DNA of 64,000 nucleotides, from IMG/VR virus record IMGVR_UViG_3300036770_003738, positions 1-64,000 of that record; one strand, written 5' to 3'. A model generated the notes under the pieces. That model did no database searches. It was not told the origin of the DNA and worked only from the letters and a program-made list of their open reading frames with translations. Of this stretch, positions 26,958 to 36,317 are shown piece after piece (position 1 is the first letter of the stretch; each line of letters begins with the position of its first letter). The DNA is from a virus. Position numbers and translations under genes: made by a program.

Positions 26958-29924
26958 ATGTCTATCTATAAGCGTGTCAGTGGGAATCTTGTTGTTCAAA
27001 CCATAGGTAATACAGATTCAATCACTTTTCAAGGCGCAAGCGCCAACACTGCCACGGTGGTTATCGATGGCAACTTAACCGTAACTGGCAATGCATCGCT
27101 GACAGGCAACATTGCAGGCGACAAAATCTTTAACGGCACTACTAGTATTGAAATACCTACGTCAAATGGCAACGCAAATATTAGCGTAGGTGGTGTGTCT
27201 AATGTCTTTGTAACTACTTCAACAGGTGTTGAAGTAGCCGGTACTGCAAGTGCAACCGGCAACGTTACAGGTGGCAATATTGTCACATCAGGACAAGTTA
27301 CAGCAACTGATACAGTCACTGGCGGCAACATTACTACGCCGGGTAACATTAATCTAATTAGAGCTTCGACCGCTACAACAACTCCAATCCTTCGATTTAC
27401 AGATTCTAATACTGCAGTTACTAGTTTAGGTTCAAACATTGGTGCAGTCGAATGGTATGTATCTGACCCAACTGGTGCAGGTGCCCGCGTTACTGCTGCC
27501 GTTAAAGCAGTGTACGCCGATGGCTCAGGCAATGCAAATATTCTAATACAAACTGCTAGTGGTGCTAGTCTAACTAATCGAATAGTAGTATTAGGAGACA
27601 CCGGCAACGTTGGTGTTGCTAACAGTGCTCCTTTGCATGGGTTTGCAGTGTCAGGGACTATGTATGGATCTAGTACACTTGACGTAGTAGGCAACGTAGC
27701 AGGCGGTAATATATCTACAGCTGGTCTAGTAACTGCTGGCGGCAATGTAACTGGCGCCAACGTGTTCACTGCAGGGGTGGTTAGTGCAGGTGGCAATATT
27801 ACTGGCGCTAACATTAGCGTAGCTGGCGGCGTAATAGGTGGCGCTGGCGGAGTAAGTGTAACTGGTAACGTCACCGGCGGTAACTTAATCATTAACGGCA
27901 CTATGAGTGCGTCAGGTAACTTAGCCACAACAGATATCACTGCAACCACCCTGAATGCTACTGGCAATATCACCGGCGGAAATATAAAAACACTAGGCAT
28001 TAGCAATGTTGGTACTAGCATCGTTACAGGAACACAAACAGTAATTGGTAATATCACTGGTGCAAACGTTAACGCTGGCATTGTATCAGCCACGGGCAAC
28101 GTTGACAGCTTGAACGTTAATACCGGTCTAGTATCAGCAACAGGTAACATTATATCTGCACCTGGCGGCTACTTTGTTGGCGACGGCGGCTACCTAAGCA
28201 ACATCACGGTAGTATCAAACGTGTCTGTAACACAGTTGGCCAGCGGAACCACAAACTGGACCATTCGCGGTTCAGGCGGCAATATTACTGCAGATATTGG
28301 CGGCGCATCAAACACAGTTGTGTTTTACGGTGGCGGCGTTGACATTACTGGTGCGTTTAGTGCAGTAGGCAACGTCACAGGCGGAAACATCAACACAGGT
28401 GGGTTAGTATCAGCAACCGGAAACATTATAGGCGGCAATATTAGCGGCGCAACTGGTACCTTTACTACAGTTATTGGTGCAGCAAACGCTACTAATTTAA
28501 CGTCTGGCATTGTACCAAGTGATCGATTAATCGGCCAATATACTATTGATATTAATGGTAACTCAGTGATTGCTAATACTGTGGCTACAGCAGCACAGCC
28601 CAACATCACTAGCGTTGGTATATTAACAAGTTTGAGCGTTTCAGGAAACGTAGTTGGCGGAAACATCAACACCGCCGGTTTGGTTAGTGCAACCGGTAAC
28701 GTACGAGGTGGAAACATTACTACCGCTGGTGCAGTTAGTGCAACTGGTGCAATTACCGGCGCTGCAATTTCTGGTACAACCATCTCTGGTTCAGGCAATG
28801 TAACAGGCGCCAATATCAATACAGCTGGATTGGTGTCGGCTACCGGCAACGTCAATGGTGGTAATGTTAATACTACAGCACTAAGTTTGAGCGGCAACGT
28901 TATTTCGGCGCTAAATGCATCGAGTTCGATAACAGCTGGAACAACTGTAAGTGCCATTGGTAACGTCAGAGGCGGAAACGTTACTACTGGTGGCCAAATG
29001 TCAGCAACTGGCAATATTACAGGTAGTTACTTTATTGGTAACGGTAGTCAATTGTCAGGGATTGACGCTACAAGTATTCAAAACGGAACAAGCAATGTTC
29101 GTGTTGTAAGCTCTGGCGGCAATGTAGCAGTTGGAATCGGCGGAACATCCAATGTGGCTGTTTATGCAACCACCGGTCAATATGTTACAGGATTGATTTC
29201 TGCAAGCGGCAACGTTACAGGTGCATATATCATTGGTAATGGTAGTCTGTTGTCAAGTATTACTGGTGCCAACGTTACAGGTACAGTAAGTAGTGCTACT
29301 ACCGCAACCAGTGCAACATCAGCAACCACAGCAGGTACAGTAACCACAGCGGCACAGGGTAACATTACTAGTGTTGGCACCTTAACTAGTCTAGCAGTAT
29401 CTGGTAATACCACTAGCGGTAATCTTAGTGTAAGCACTGGTACAGTTACTGTTGGCAATATTGTTAATGCAAACGGCAACGGAGTTGGTAACGTTGGTAG
29501 TTCAACTACATATTTTAACACAGTATTTGCTAAAGCAACCAGCGCACAATATGCTGACTTGGCTGAAAAATTCCTAGCAGACCAGCCTTATCAGCCTGGT
29601 ACAGTTCTAATATTTGGTGGCGAGTTAGAAGTTACAGAGTCAATGACCTATGCTGACCACAGAGTTGCTGGTGTAGTTTCTACAGATCCTAGTTACTTGA
29701 TGAACGCCGGATTAGAAGGACAATACGCTGTGGAGCTAGCTTTGCAAGGTCGTGTGCCTTGTGCAGTCGAAGGCCCTGTAGAAAAAGGCGACTTACTAGT
29801 ATCTGCACCAAATGGTCGAGCAAGAGCAGCAAAATCTGCACAAGCTGGTACAATCATTGGTAAGAGTTTAGAAAACTTCAACGGTGCAGTTGGTACAATT
29901 GAAATCGTTGTAGGCCGCGATTAA
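26958..29924 (+). CDS. Gly/Asn/Thr-rich fibre protein with C-terminal intramolecular-chaperone/autocleavage-type domain
   Basis: Dense (S/T)A(T/A)GN(V/I)TGGN repeats; C-terminal YADLAE...GTV..FGG..EVT...GVVST.P...MN...AL.GRVP...KGD..V...IIGK.LE. Confidence 0.75.
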   Translation: MSIYKRVSGNLVVQTIGNTDSITFQGASANTATVVIDGNLTVTGNASLTGNIAGDKIFNGTTSIEIPTSNGNANISVGGVSNVFVTTSTGVEVAGTASATGNVTGGNIVTSGQVTATDTVTGGNITTPGNINLIRASTATTTPILRFTDSNTAVTSLGSNIGAVEWYVSDPTGAGARVTAAVKAVYADGSGNANILIQTASGASLTNRIVVLGDTGNVGVANSAPLHGFAVSGTMYGSSTLDVVGNVAGGNISTAGLVTAGGNVTGANVFTAGVVSAGGNITGANISVAGGVIGGAGGVSVTGNVTGGNLIINGTMSASGNLATTDITATTLNATGNITGGNIKTLGISNVGTSIVTGTQTVIGNITGANVNAGIVSATGNVDSLNVNTGLVSATGNIISAPGGYFVGDGGYLSNITVVSNVSVTQLASGTTNWTIRGSGGNITADIGGASNTVVFYGGGVDITGAFSAVGNVTGGNINTGGLVSATGNIIGGNISGATGTFTTVIGAANATNLTSGIVPSDRLIGQYTIDINGNSVIANTVATAAQPNITSVGILTSLSVSGNVVGGNINTAGLVSATGNVRGGNITTAGAVSATGAITGAAISGTTISGSGNVTGANINTAGLVSATGNVNGGNVNTTALSLSGNVISALNASSSITAGTTVSAIGNVRGGNVTTGGQMSATGNITGSYFIGNGSQLSGIDATSIQNGTSNVRVVSSGGNVAVGIGGTSNVAVYATTGQYVTGLISASGNVTGAYIIGNGSLLSSITGANVTGTVSSATTATSATSATTAGTVTTAAQGNITSVGTLTSLAVSGNTTSGNLSVSTGTVTVGNIVNANGNGVGNVGSSTTYFNTVFAKATSAQYADLAEKFLADQPYQPGTVLIFGGELEVTESMTYADHRVAGVVSTDPSYLMNAGLEGQYAVELALQGRVPCAVEGPVEKGDLLVSAPNGRARAAKSAQAGTIIGKSLENFNGAVGTIEIVVGRD

Positions 29925-29981
29925 TAGCTAAAACCTAAATAGGCAACTCCTGGTAAATACACTAGATGACCAGGATTACCT

Positions 29982-32900
29982 ATGACACAACAGATAATTG
30001 ACACCGGAGCCCAAGCCAACGATGGAACTGGTGAACCGTTACGCGATGCTTTTACCGCTGTAAACGAAAACTTTACAGAAATATATACTGCTGGCCCTGT
30101 GGGCAGCAATGTTGTAATCAGCGGCAATACTATTGCAGTTACTGGTGTAAACAACAATCTAGTTCTCAAAGCCAACGGCATTGGCAATATTCAAGCTAAC
30201 AGCAGCATTGTGCCCAGTATTGATTCTGCATACAATATTGGTAGCCCAGCTTCTAAATTTGATACTGTATATGCTGGTTATTTTTCAGGTAACGGTAGTC
30301 AGTTAACAGGAGTTGTTTCTTCTGCTGGTTCTTTTATTGCTAACGGTATTAGTAATGTTTCTATTGCTGATGCTAGCGGTCCTGTTACTGTTAAGATTGG
30401 CGCAACTTCAAATCTTGCTGTATTCAGTAGCACTGGGGTAACAGTTGCAGGTAACGTTAGTGGAACTTATATTCTTGGTAACGGTGCATTACTAACCGGC
30501 ATCACTACTTCATATGGCAATTCTAATGTTGCTGCTTACTTACCGACTTATTCAGGAAACCTAAATCCAGACATTATTAGTGCGGCCGGAAACATAACCG
30601 GTGCAAACATTAACACAAACGGAAATGTTCGCGCACAATACTATATCGGTGACGGTGGTTTTCTAAGTAACATTACAGTAAGCTCTAACGTTGCTGCTAC
30701 TCAGTTAGCAAACGGTTCTACTGTTTTAAGTATTGATGGCGCTGATGGTAATATTGTTGCAACTGTTAATGGCACAAGCAATATAGCAGTAATAAGTGAT
30801 CAGGCGTTGACATTAAGTGCAAACTTATTACCAGCAGCAAACGCAACATATAATCTTGGCAGTCCAGCAGCAGCATTTAACGATTTATATCTATCCAACA
30901 GCACAATTTATCTCGGCAATGCAACAATCAGTGCTAATTCTACTGCGGTTATCTTAACAAACGAAAGTGGTCAACAAACAGTCATCGAAGGTGCTGGTAC
31001 GATTGAACCATATGGCGATTCTAATGTGTCTGCTTATCTTGCTAGCGGGACTGATGCTGCTAATATTATTACAATTGGTAATATTAGCGGCGGCAACTTT
31101 ATAGGCTCAGGCTCGGCACTTACTTCAATCACTGGTGCCAATGTTACAGGTACAGTAGCTAACGCTACGTATGCTGCAACTGCTGGATTAGCAACCTCTG
31201 CTAGTACTGTAACCACCGCAGCGCAGCCTAACATTACATCGGTTGGTACACTAACTGCACTAAGCATAACTGGTAACGTTACTGCAGACACATACTTCAT
31301 TGGTAACGGTGCGTTACTGACTGGCCTGCCTGCTAGTTACGGGGATTCAAACGTAGTCACATTATTGGATGCGTTTGGATCCAATACTATTGTTACAACC
31401 GGCAATATCAATGGTGGCGCGTTTAATGGACGAGGGTTGTTTAATGGTACCAGCAGTGTAGAAATACCCACTGTTAATAGTAGCATTTTGGTCGGTGTCA
31501 ATGGCGTCGGAAGTGTAGAATTCACAGAAGGTGGTATCAATGCTCTGGGCATCACGGCACTAAGCAATATCACTGGTGGAAACCTAACAACACAAGGCAC
31601 TATAAGTGCATTGGGCAACGTTGTTACAGATGGGTATTTTGTTGGTAACTTTGCTGGTAACATCTCTGGTAACTTAACAGTTCCGGGATCAAACACACAG
31701 GTGCTGTTCAACGTTAACGGCAGCGCTGGCGCAGTAGCAGGTTTCACTTATAACACAGATTCCAACACTATGGCTGTATTGGGTGTTATGTCTGCTCAAG
31801 GCAACGTAATTGCTGCCAATGCTGTGATATCTGGCCTTGCTACCGTAACCGGTAATGTAATTGGTGGCAATCTTGTCACTGCTGGACAAGTTAGCGCATT
31901 TGGCAATATTATTGGTGACTATGTTATTGGTAACGGTGCTTTTTTAACTGGACTACCGGCAACATATGGAAATACCGAAGTTGCTGCTTACTTGCCAACC
32001 TATACTGGTGCATTAGCCGCGCTTGCTGGCGACGTTGTAACTACTGCAAACGTTCAAGGTGCATACATATTAGGAAATGGGTCAGGATTAAGTGCTATTA
32101 CTGGCGCTAATGTAACCGGTACCGTGGCCAATGCCACATATGCCGATACTGCCGGTTCTGCAACTAGTGCTACTTCGGCTACAACTGCTGGAACAGTTAC
32201 AACTGCCTCTCAACCGAATATTACATCAGTTGGTACTTTAAGTAGTCTAGAAGTAACCGGCAACACAACATCAGGTAATTTATATTCAAACGGTAGTTTG
32301 ACTGCGGTAACCTTTGCTTACCTTAATACAATTGTTCCTCGAACAAATAGCACAGTTCTTATTGCAGCAGGCAATATTGCGTTAACTGGCGAGATTAATC
32401 ATACTGGTGCCAATTTAAACACAACTGTTATTGTAGCAAGTGGTAATATTAATGGCGGTAACTTAGTTACAGGCGGAGTAGTTGATGCTGAATCAGTTGA
32501 CGCTAACTCAGCAATCATTGGGGGCAACTTAACTGTAAATGGAAATGTTACTTCTACTACTAATCTAACATTACGTCCAGGAATTGGCAGTAACATTAAC
32601 TTCCCTGTACTCGGTGGTAACATTACTTTTGAATCTGCAACCGGTAATGCTGGATTTCCTGGCGCAGTCTACACCGGAGACCAAGTTGTCACTGGTAACA
32701 TTGGTGCAACAGGATTTGTTAGTGTAGGCGGTAATGTAACTGCAGGCACAGGTAGTTTCTTCATTGGTGACGGTGGACTATTAAGCAATATTAGTGTAGC
32801 TGCCGGATCAACAATTCTTAACGGTAATAGCAACGTTAGTGTTGCAGCAGCAGGCAACGTTACAGTATCAGTTGGTGGAGTTAATAGTGTACTAACCGTT

Positions 32901-35900
32901 ACTGAAACTGGTGCAAACATTGCTGGAACAATTAGTGCCAGTGGTAACATTGATGGTAGCAACATCAATGGCAATGGCTCAGGACTGAGTTCTATAACTG
33001 GTGCCAATGTCACAGGTACTGTGGCCAATGCCACATATGCAGACACTGCTGGATCAGCAACAACTGCTGGCACAGTGACCACTGCAGCTCAACCCAATAT
33101 CACAAGTGTTGGCACTTTGAGTTCGGTGACAGTAACAGGCAACATCGATGGCGCAAACATCAACGGTAATGGTTCTGGATTAACCAGTATCACTGGTGCT
33201 AATGTCATAGGTATTGTGGCCAATGCCACATATGCTGATAGCGCAGGATCAGCAACAACAGCTACCACAGCTACCACAGCAGGTACAGTGACCACTGCAG
33301 CACAACCAAATATTACTTCAGTTGGTACCTTGAGTTCGGTGACAGTAACTGGCAATATCTCAGGTGGTAATCTTGACACCACTGGAATTATTAATGCAGC
33401 ATCATTGAGTACCAGCGGCAACGCAGTAATCGGTGGCGACCTAGTAGTGAACGGTAACCTTGCGTACCTCAATATCAACGCACTTAGCGTTGAAGATCCG
33501 ATTATCAGTATTGGTAGAGGTCCAAACAATGCTCCATTGATTGCCAACGATGGCAAAGATCGTGGCGAACTACTGTACTATTATTCAGGTTCTGAAAAAT
33601 CTGCATTTATTGGTTTTGATGACACTACTAATAAATTGTTTGCTGCCTCTGATGTTAGCGTTGCTAACGAGATTGTGTCTGTAAACAGCTACGGCACATT
33701 TGTAGTTGGTGCACTTGAAGGTACTAGTGTAAGCGTAACAGGTAACATTGATGGTGGCAACATCAATGGCAATGGCTCAGGACTGAGTTCTATAACTGGT
33801 GCCAATGTCACAGGTACTGTGGCCAATGCCACATATGCAACCAGTGCTGGATCAGCAACAACAGCTACCACAGCTACCACAGCAACCACAGCAGGTACAG
33901 TGACCACTGCAGCACAACCTAATATTACCTCAGTTGGCACACTAACATCTGTTACTGTAACAGGTAACATTGATGGTGGCAACATCAATGGCAATGGCTC
34001 AGGACTGAGTTCTATAACTGGTGCCAATGTCACAGGTACTGTGGCCAATGCCACATATGCAACCAGTGCTGGATCAGCCACTTCGGCAACTACAGCTACT
34101 TCAGCAACAACCGCTGGCACTGTAACTACAGCAGCACAACCCAATATCACAAGTGTTGGCACACTAACATCTGTTACTGTAACAGGTAACATTGATGGTG
34201 GCAACATCAATGGCAATGGCTCAGGACTGAGTTCTATAACTGGTGCCAATGTCACAGGTACTGTGGCCAATGCCACATATGCAACCAGTGCTGGATCAGC
34301 AACCACAGCAGGTACAGTGACCACTGCAGCACAACCCAATATCACAAGTGTTGGCACACTAACATCTGTTACTGTAACAGGTAACATTGATGGTGGCAAC
34401 TTGACCACAGGCGGACAAGTTAGCGCTGCAGGTAACATCACTGGTGGTAATGTTAATACAGCCGGATTAGTACAAAGTGCGTTGTTGTCAGCAACTGGCA
34501 ACGTTATTGGTGGTAACATCGTCAGTCAAGATCAAATACAAGGTGTATCACTAAATGCTAGCAGTAACATAACTGGCGGCAATCTTGTTACCAGTGGTTT
34601 GATTACTGCTACAGGTAGCATTGCTACTAGCAGCAGTTTAACAGTAGCAACAACTGTATCTGCTACCGGTAACATAACTGGCGGCAACATTAACACCAGC
34701 GGTTCTATCACTGCCACAGGCGGTATAAACGTTGCTAATGTGGTAACGGGCGGGCTGATCACTGCAACTGGTAACGTAAACGGCGGCAATATCAACACCG
34801 GAGGTTTAGTAAGCTCAACTGGTGACGTAATTGGTGGCAACTTAGTCACCGCTGGCCTGGTTGTAGCAACAGGTAACGTGAGTGGTGCTAATATTTTTGC
34901 CACAGGCACAGTTAGTGCCACTGGCAACTTAGATGCAACTGGCAACGTCAATGCCACAAACTTTGTAGGTACGCTAGTAGGTGACATTGCGCTAACAGGG
35001 AGCAACAGTCAGGTATTGTTTAACCTTGACGGAGTGATTGGCAGCGATACTGGATTTGTTTACGACTATGCGGCAAATGCTTTAACAGTTGGTGGTAACA
35101 TTGCTACTGCTAACGGTGGTAGTTTGGTAGTATCAGGCATTGTTACTGCAACCGGAAACATCATTAGCGTAGCCAACATAGCAGGCGGCAATATCAGTTC
35201 AAGCGGTCAGATTTCTGCTGCTGGTAACGTTACTGGCGGCAACATTATTACTTCTGCCTTAGTACAAGGTGCCATAGTTAGCGCAACTGGTAACGTAACT
35301 GGCGGAAACATTACTACTGCTGGTCTTGCAACAGTAACCGGTAACGTATCTGGCGGCAACATTAACACTGGCGGTTTGGTTAGTGCAACTGGTAATGTAA
35401 TTGGTGGTAATATTGTCACTGCTGGCTCAATTAGTGCAGCAGGCAACATCGATGGCGGCAATATCAATACTGCAGGCCTGATTAGTGTAACTGGTGATGT
35501 CACTGGTGCTAACGTAGTATCAGCTACTACATTTAGCGGAACCACAGTAACCGTGACTGGTAACGTCACAGGCGGTAATATCAACACCGGTGGATTGATA
35601 AGTTCAACTGGTAATGTAATTGGTGGTAACATCAACACTGCTGGTTTAGTAAGCTCGTCTGGTAACGTAATTGGTGGTAATATTGTCACTGCAGCCCTAG
35701 TACAAGGTGCTACTGTTAGTGCAACTGGTAACGTAATTGGCGGTAATGTTAACACAGCTGGTTTGGTTAGTGCAACTGGCAATATAAATGGCGGCAACGT
35801 TAACGCAGCAGGATTGAGCTTGAGCGGCAACGTGCTGAGCGTGATCAACTCTACTTCAAACATTAATACTACTGGCAACATAACTGCCAATAATATCGTC

Positions 35901-35981
35901 GGCACAACCAGCATAAGTATTAACGGACAGACATTGGCCACAGTGGATGACGCAACAGCTTTAGCAATAGCATTAGGATAA
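29982..35981 (+). CDS. Very long fibre/baseplate-attached protein (gp9/gp10-like N-terminus)
   Basis: N-terminal I.TG..ANDGTGEPLRDAF..VN.NF.E.Y resembles the T4 gp9/gp10 N-terminus; 1999 aa of GN(V/I)TG repeats. Confidence 0.75.
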   Translation: MTQQIIDTGAQANDGTGEPLRDAFTAVNENFTEIYTAGPVGSNVVISGNTIAVTGVNNNLVLKANGIGNIQANSSIVPSIDSAYNIGSPASKFDTVYAGYFSGNGSQLTGVVSSAGSFIANGISNVSIADASGPVTVKIGATSNLAVFSSTGVTVAGNVSGTYILGNGALLTGITTSYGNSNVAAYLPTYSGNLNPDIISAAGNITGANINTNGNVRAQYYIGDGGFLSNITVSSNVAATQLANGSTVLSIDGADGNIVATVNGTSNIAVISDQALTLSANLLPAANATYNLGSPAAAFNDLYLSNSTIYLGNATISANSTAVILTNESGQQTVIEGAGTIEPYGDSNVSAYLASGTDAANIITIGNISGGNFIGSGSALTSITGANVTGTVANATYAATAGLATSASTVTTAAQPNITSVGTLTALSITGNVTADTYFIGNGALLTGLPASYGDSNVVTLLDAFGSNTIVTTGNINGGAFNGRGLFNGTSSVEIPTVNSSILVGVNGVGSVEFTEGGINALGITALSNITGGNLTTQGTISALGNVVTDGYFVGNFAGNISGNLTVPGSNTQVLFNVNGSAGAVAGFTYNTDSNTMAVLGVMSAQGNVIAANAVISGLATVTGNVIGGNLVTAGQVSAFGNIIGDYVIGNGAFLTGLPATYGNTEVAAYLPTYTGALAALAGDVVTTANVQGAYILGNGSGLSAITGANVTGTVANATYADTAGSATSATSATTAGTVTTASQPNITSVGTLSSLEVTGNTTSGNLYSNGSLTAVTFAYLNTIVPRTNSTVLIAAGNIALTGEINHTGANLNTTVIVASGNINGGNLVTGGVVDAESVDANSAIIGGNLTVNGNVTSTTNLTLRPGIGSNINFPVLGGNITFESATGNAGFPGAVYTGDQVVTGNIGATGFVSVGGNVTAGTGSFFIGDGGLLSNISVAAGSTILNGNSNVSVAAAGNVTVSVGGVNSVLTVTETGANIAGTISASGNIDGSNINGNGSGLSSITGANVTGTVANATYADTAGSATTAGTVTTAAQPNITSVGTLSSVTVTGNIDGANINGNGSGLTSITGANVIGIVANATYADSAGSATTATTATTAGTVTTAAQPNITSVGTLSSVTVTGNISGGNLDTTGIINAASLSTSGNAVIGGDLVVNGNLAYLNINALSVEDPIISIGRGPNNAPLIANDGKDRGELLYYYSGSEKSAFIGFDDTTNKLFAASDVSVANEIVSVNSYGTFVVGALEGTSVSVTGNIDGGNINGNGSGLSSITGANVTGTVANATYATSAGSATTATTATTATTAGTVTTAAQPNITSVGTLTSVTVTGNIDGGNINGNGSGLSSITGANVTGTVANATYATSAGSATSATTATSATTAGTVTTAAQPNITSVGTLTSVTVTGNIDGGNINGNGSGLSSITGANVTGTVANATYATSAGSATTAGTVTTAAQPNITSVGTLTSVTVTGNIDGGNLTTGGQVSAAGNITGGNVNTAGLVQSALLSATGNVIGGNIVSQDQIQGVSLNASSNITGGNLVTSGLITATGSIATSSSLTVATTVSATGNITGGNINTSGSITATGGINVANVVTGGLITATGNVNGGNINTGGLVSSTGDVIGGNLVTAGLVVATGNVSGANIFATGTVSATGNLDATGNVNATNFVGTLVGDIALTGSNSQVLFNLDGVIGSDTGFVYDYAANALTVGGNIATANGGSLVVSGIVTATGNIISVANIAGGNISSSGQISAAGNVTGGNIITSALVQGAIVSATGNVTGGNITTAGLATVTGNVSGGNINTGGLVSATGNVIGGNIVTAGSISAAGNIDGGNINTAGLISVTGDVTGANVVSATTFSGTTVTVTGNVTGGNINTGGLISSTGNVIGGNINTAGLVSSSGNVIGGNIVTAALVQGATVSATGNVIGGNVNTAGLVSATGNINGGNVNAAGLSLSGNVLSVINSTSNINTTGNITANNIVGTTSISINGQTLATVDDATALAIALG
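33741..34400 (+). repeat. Near-identical in-frame tandem repeats (222, 222, 195 bp) in the fibre gene, with related copies at 32943 and 33138
   Basis: Unit start ggtaacattgatggtggcaac at 33741, 33963, 34185 and 34380. Confidence 0.9.
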
Positions 35982-35984
35982 AAA

Positions 35985-36317
35985 ATGGCAAATACATTTA
36001 CAAGAAAACTCAGCAGAGGGGTTGGAACCACAGCAGCAGCAATAGGTAGCTATACTGTGGCTGCTAACACAACTGTTGTGATTGTTGGACTTACTGTGAC
36101 CAATACTAGTGGCAGTGCAATTACTGCTAACGTATTCATCAATGACGGTGCTGCTAACACTTCTGTTGTGACTAACGCCCCTATTAGTTCAGGAGCAAGT
36201 TTGATCCCAGTAGGCGGAGATCAAAAGATAGTACTTTTAACAGGAGATTCAGTTTACGTTCAGAGCAGCGCAGCTTCAAGTGTTGATGCAATTCTCAGCA
36301 TAATGGAAATCACCTAA
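35985..36317 (+). CDS. Small virion structural protein
   Basis: 110-aa beta-rich ORF (MANTF...SIMEIT) in the fibre operon; AGGA SD. Confidence 0.7.
   Translation: MANTFTRKLSRGVGTTAAAIGSYTVAANTTVVIVGLTVTNTSGSAITANVFINDGAANTSVVTNAPISSGASLIPVGGDQKIVLLTGDSVYVQSSAASSVDAILSIMEIT

Noticed and set aside
33741-34400. Tandem repeats considered as a CRISPR array or DGR template/variable repeat
   Set aside because: Units are in-frame, about 200 bp, without unique spacers; differences are not adenine-specific; no cas or reverse transcriptase gene in the window
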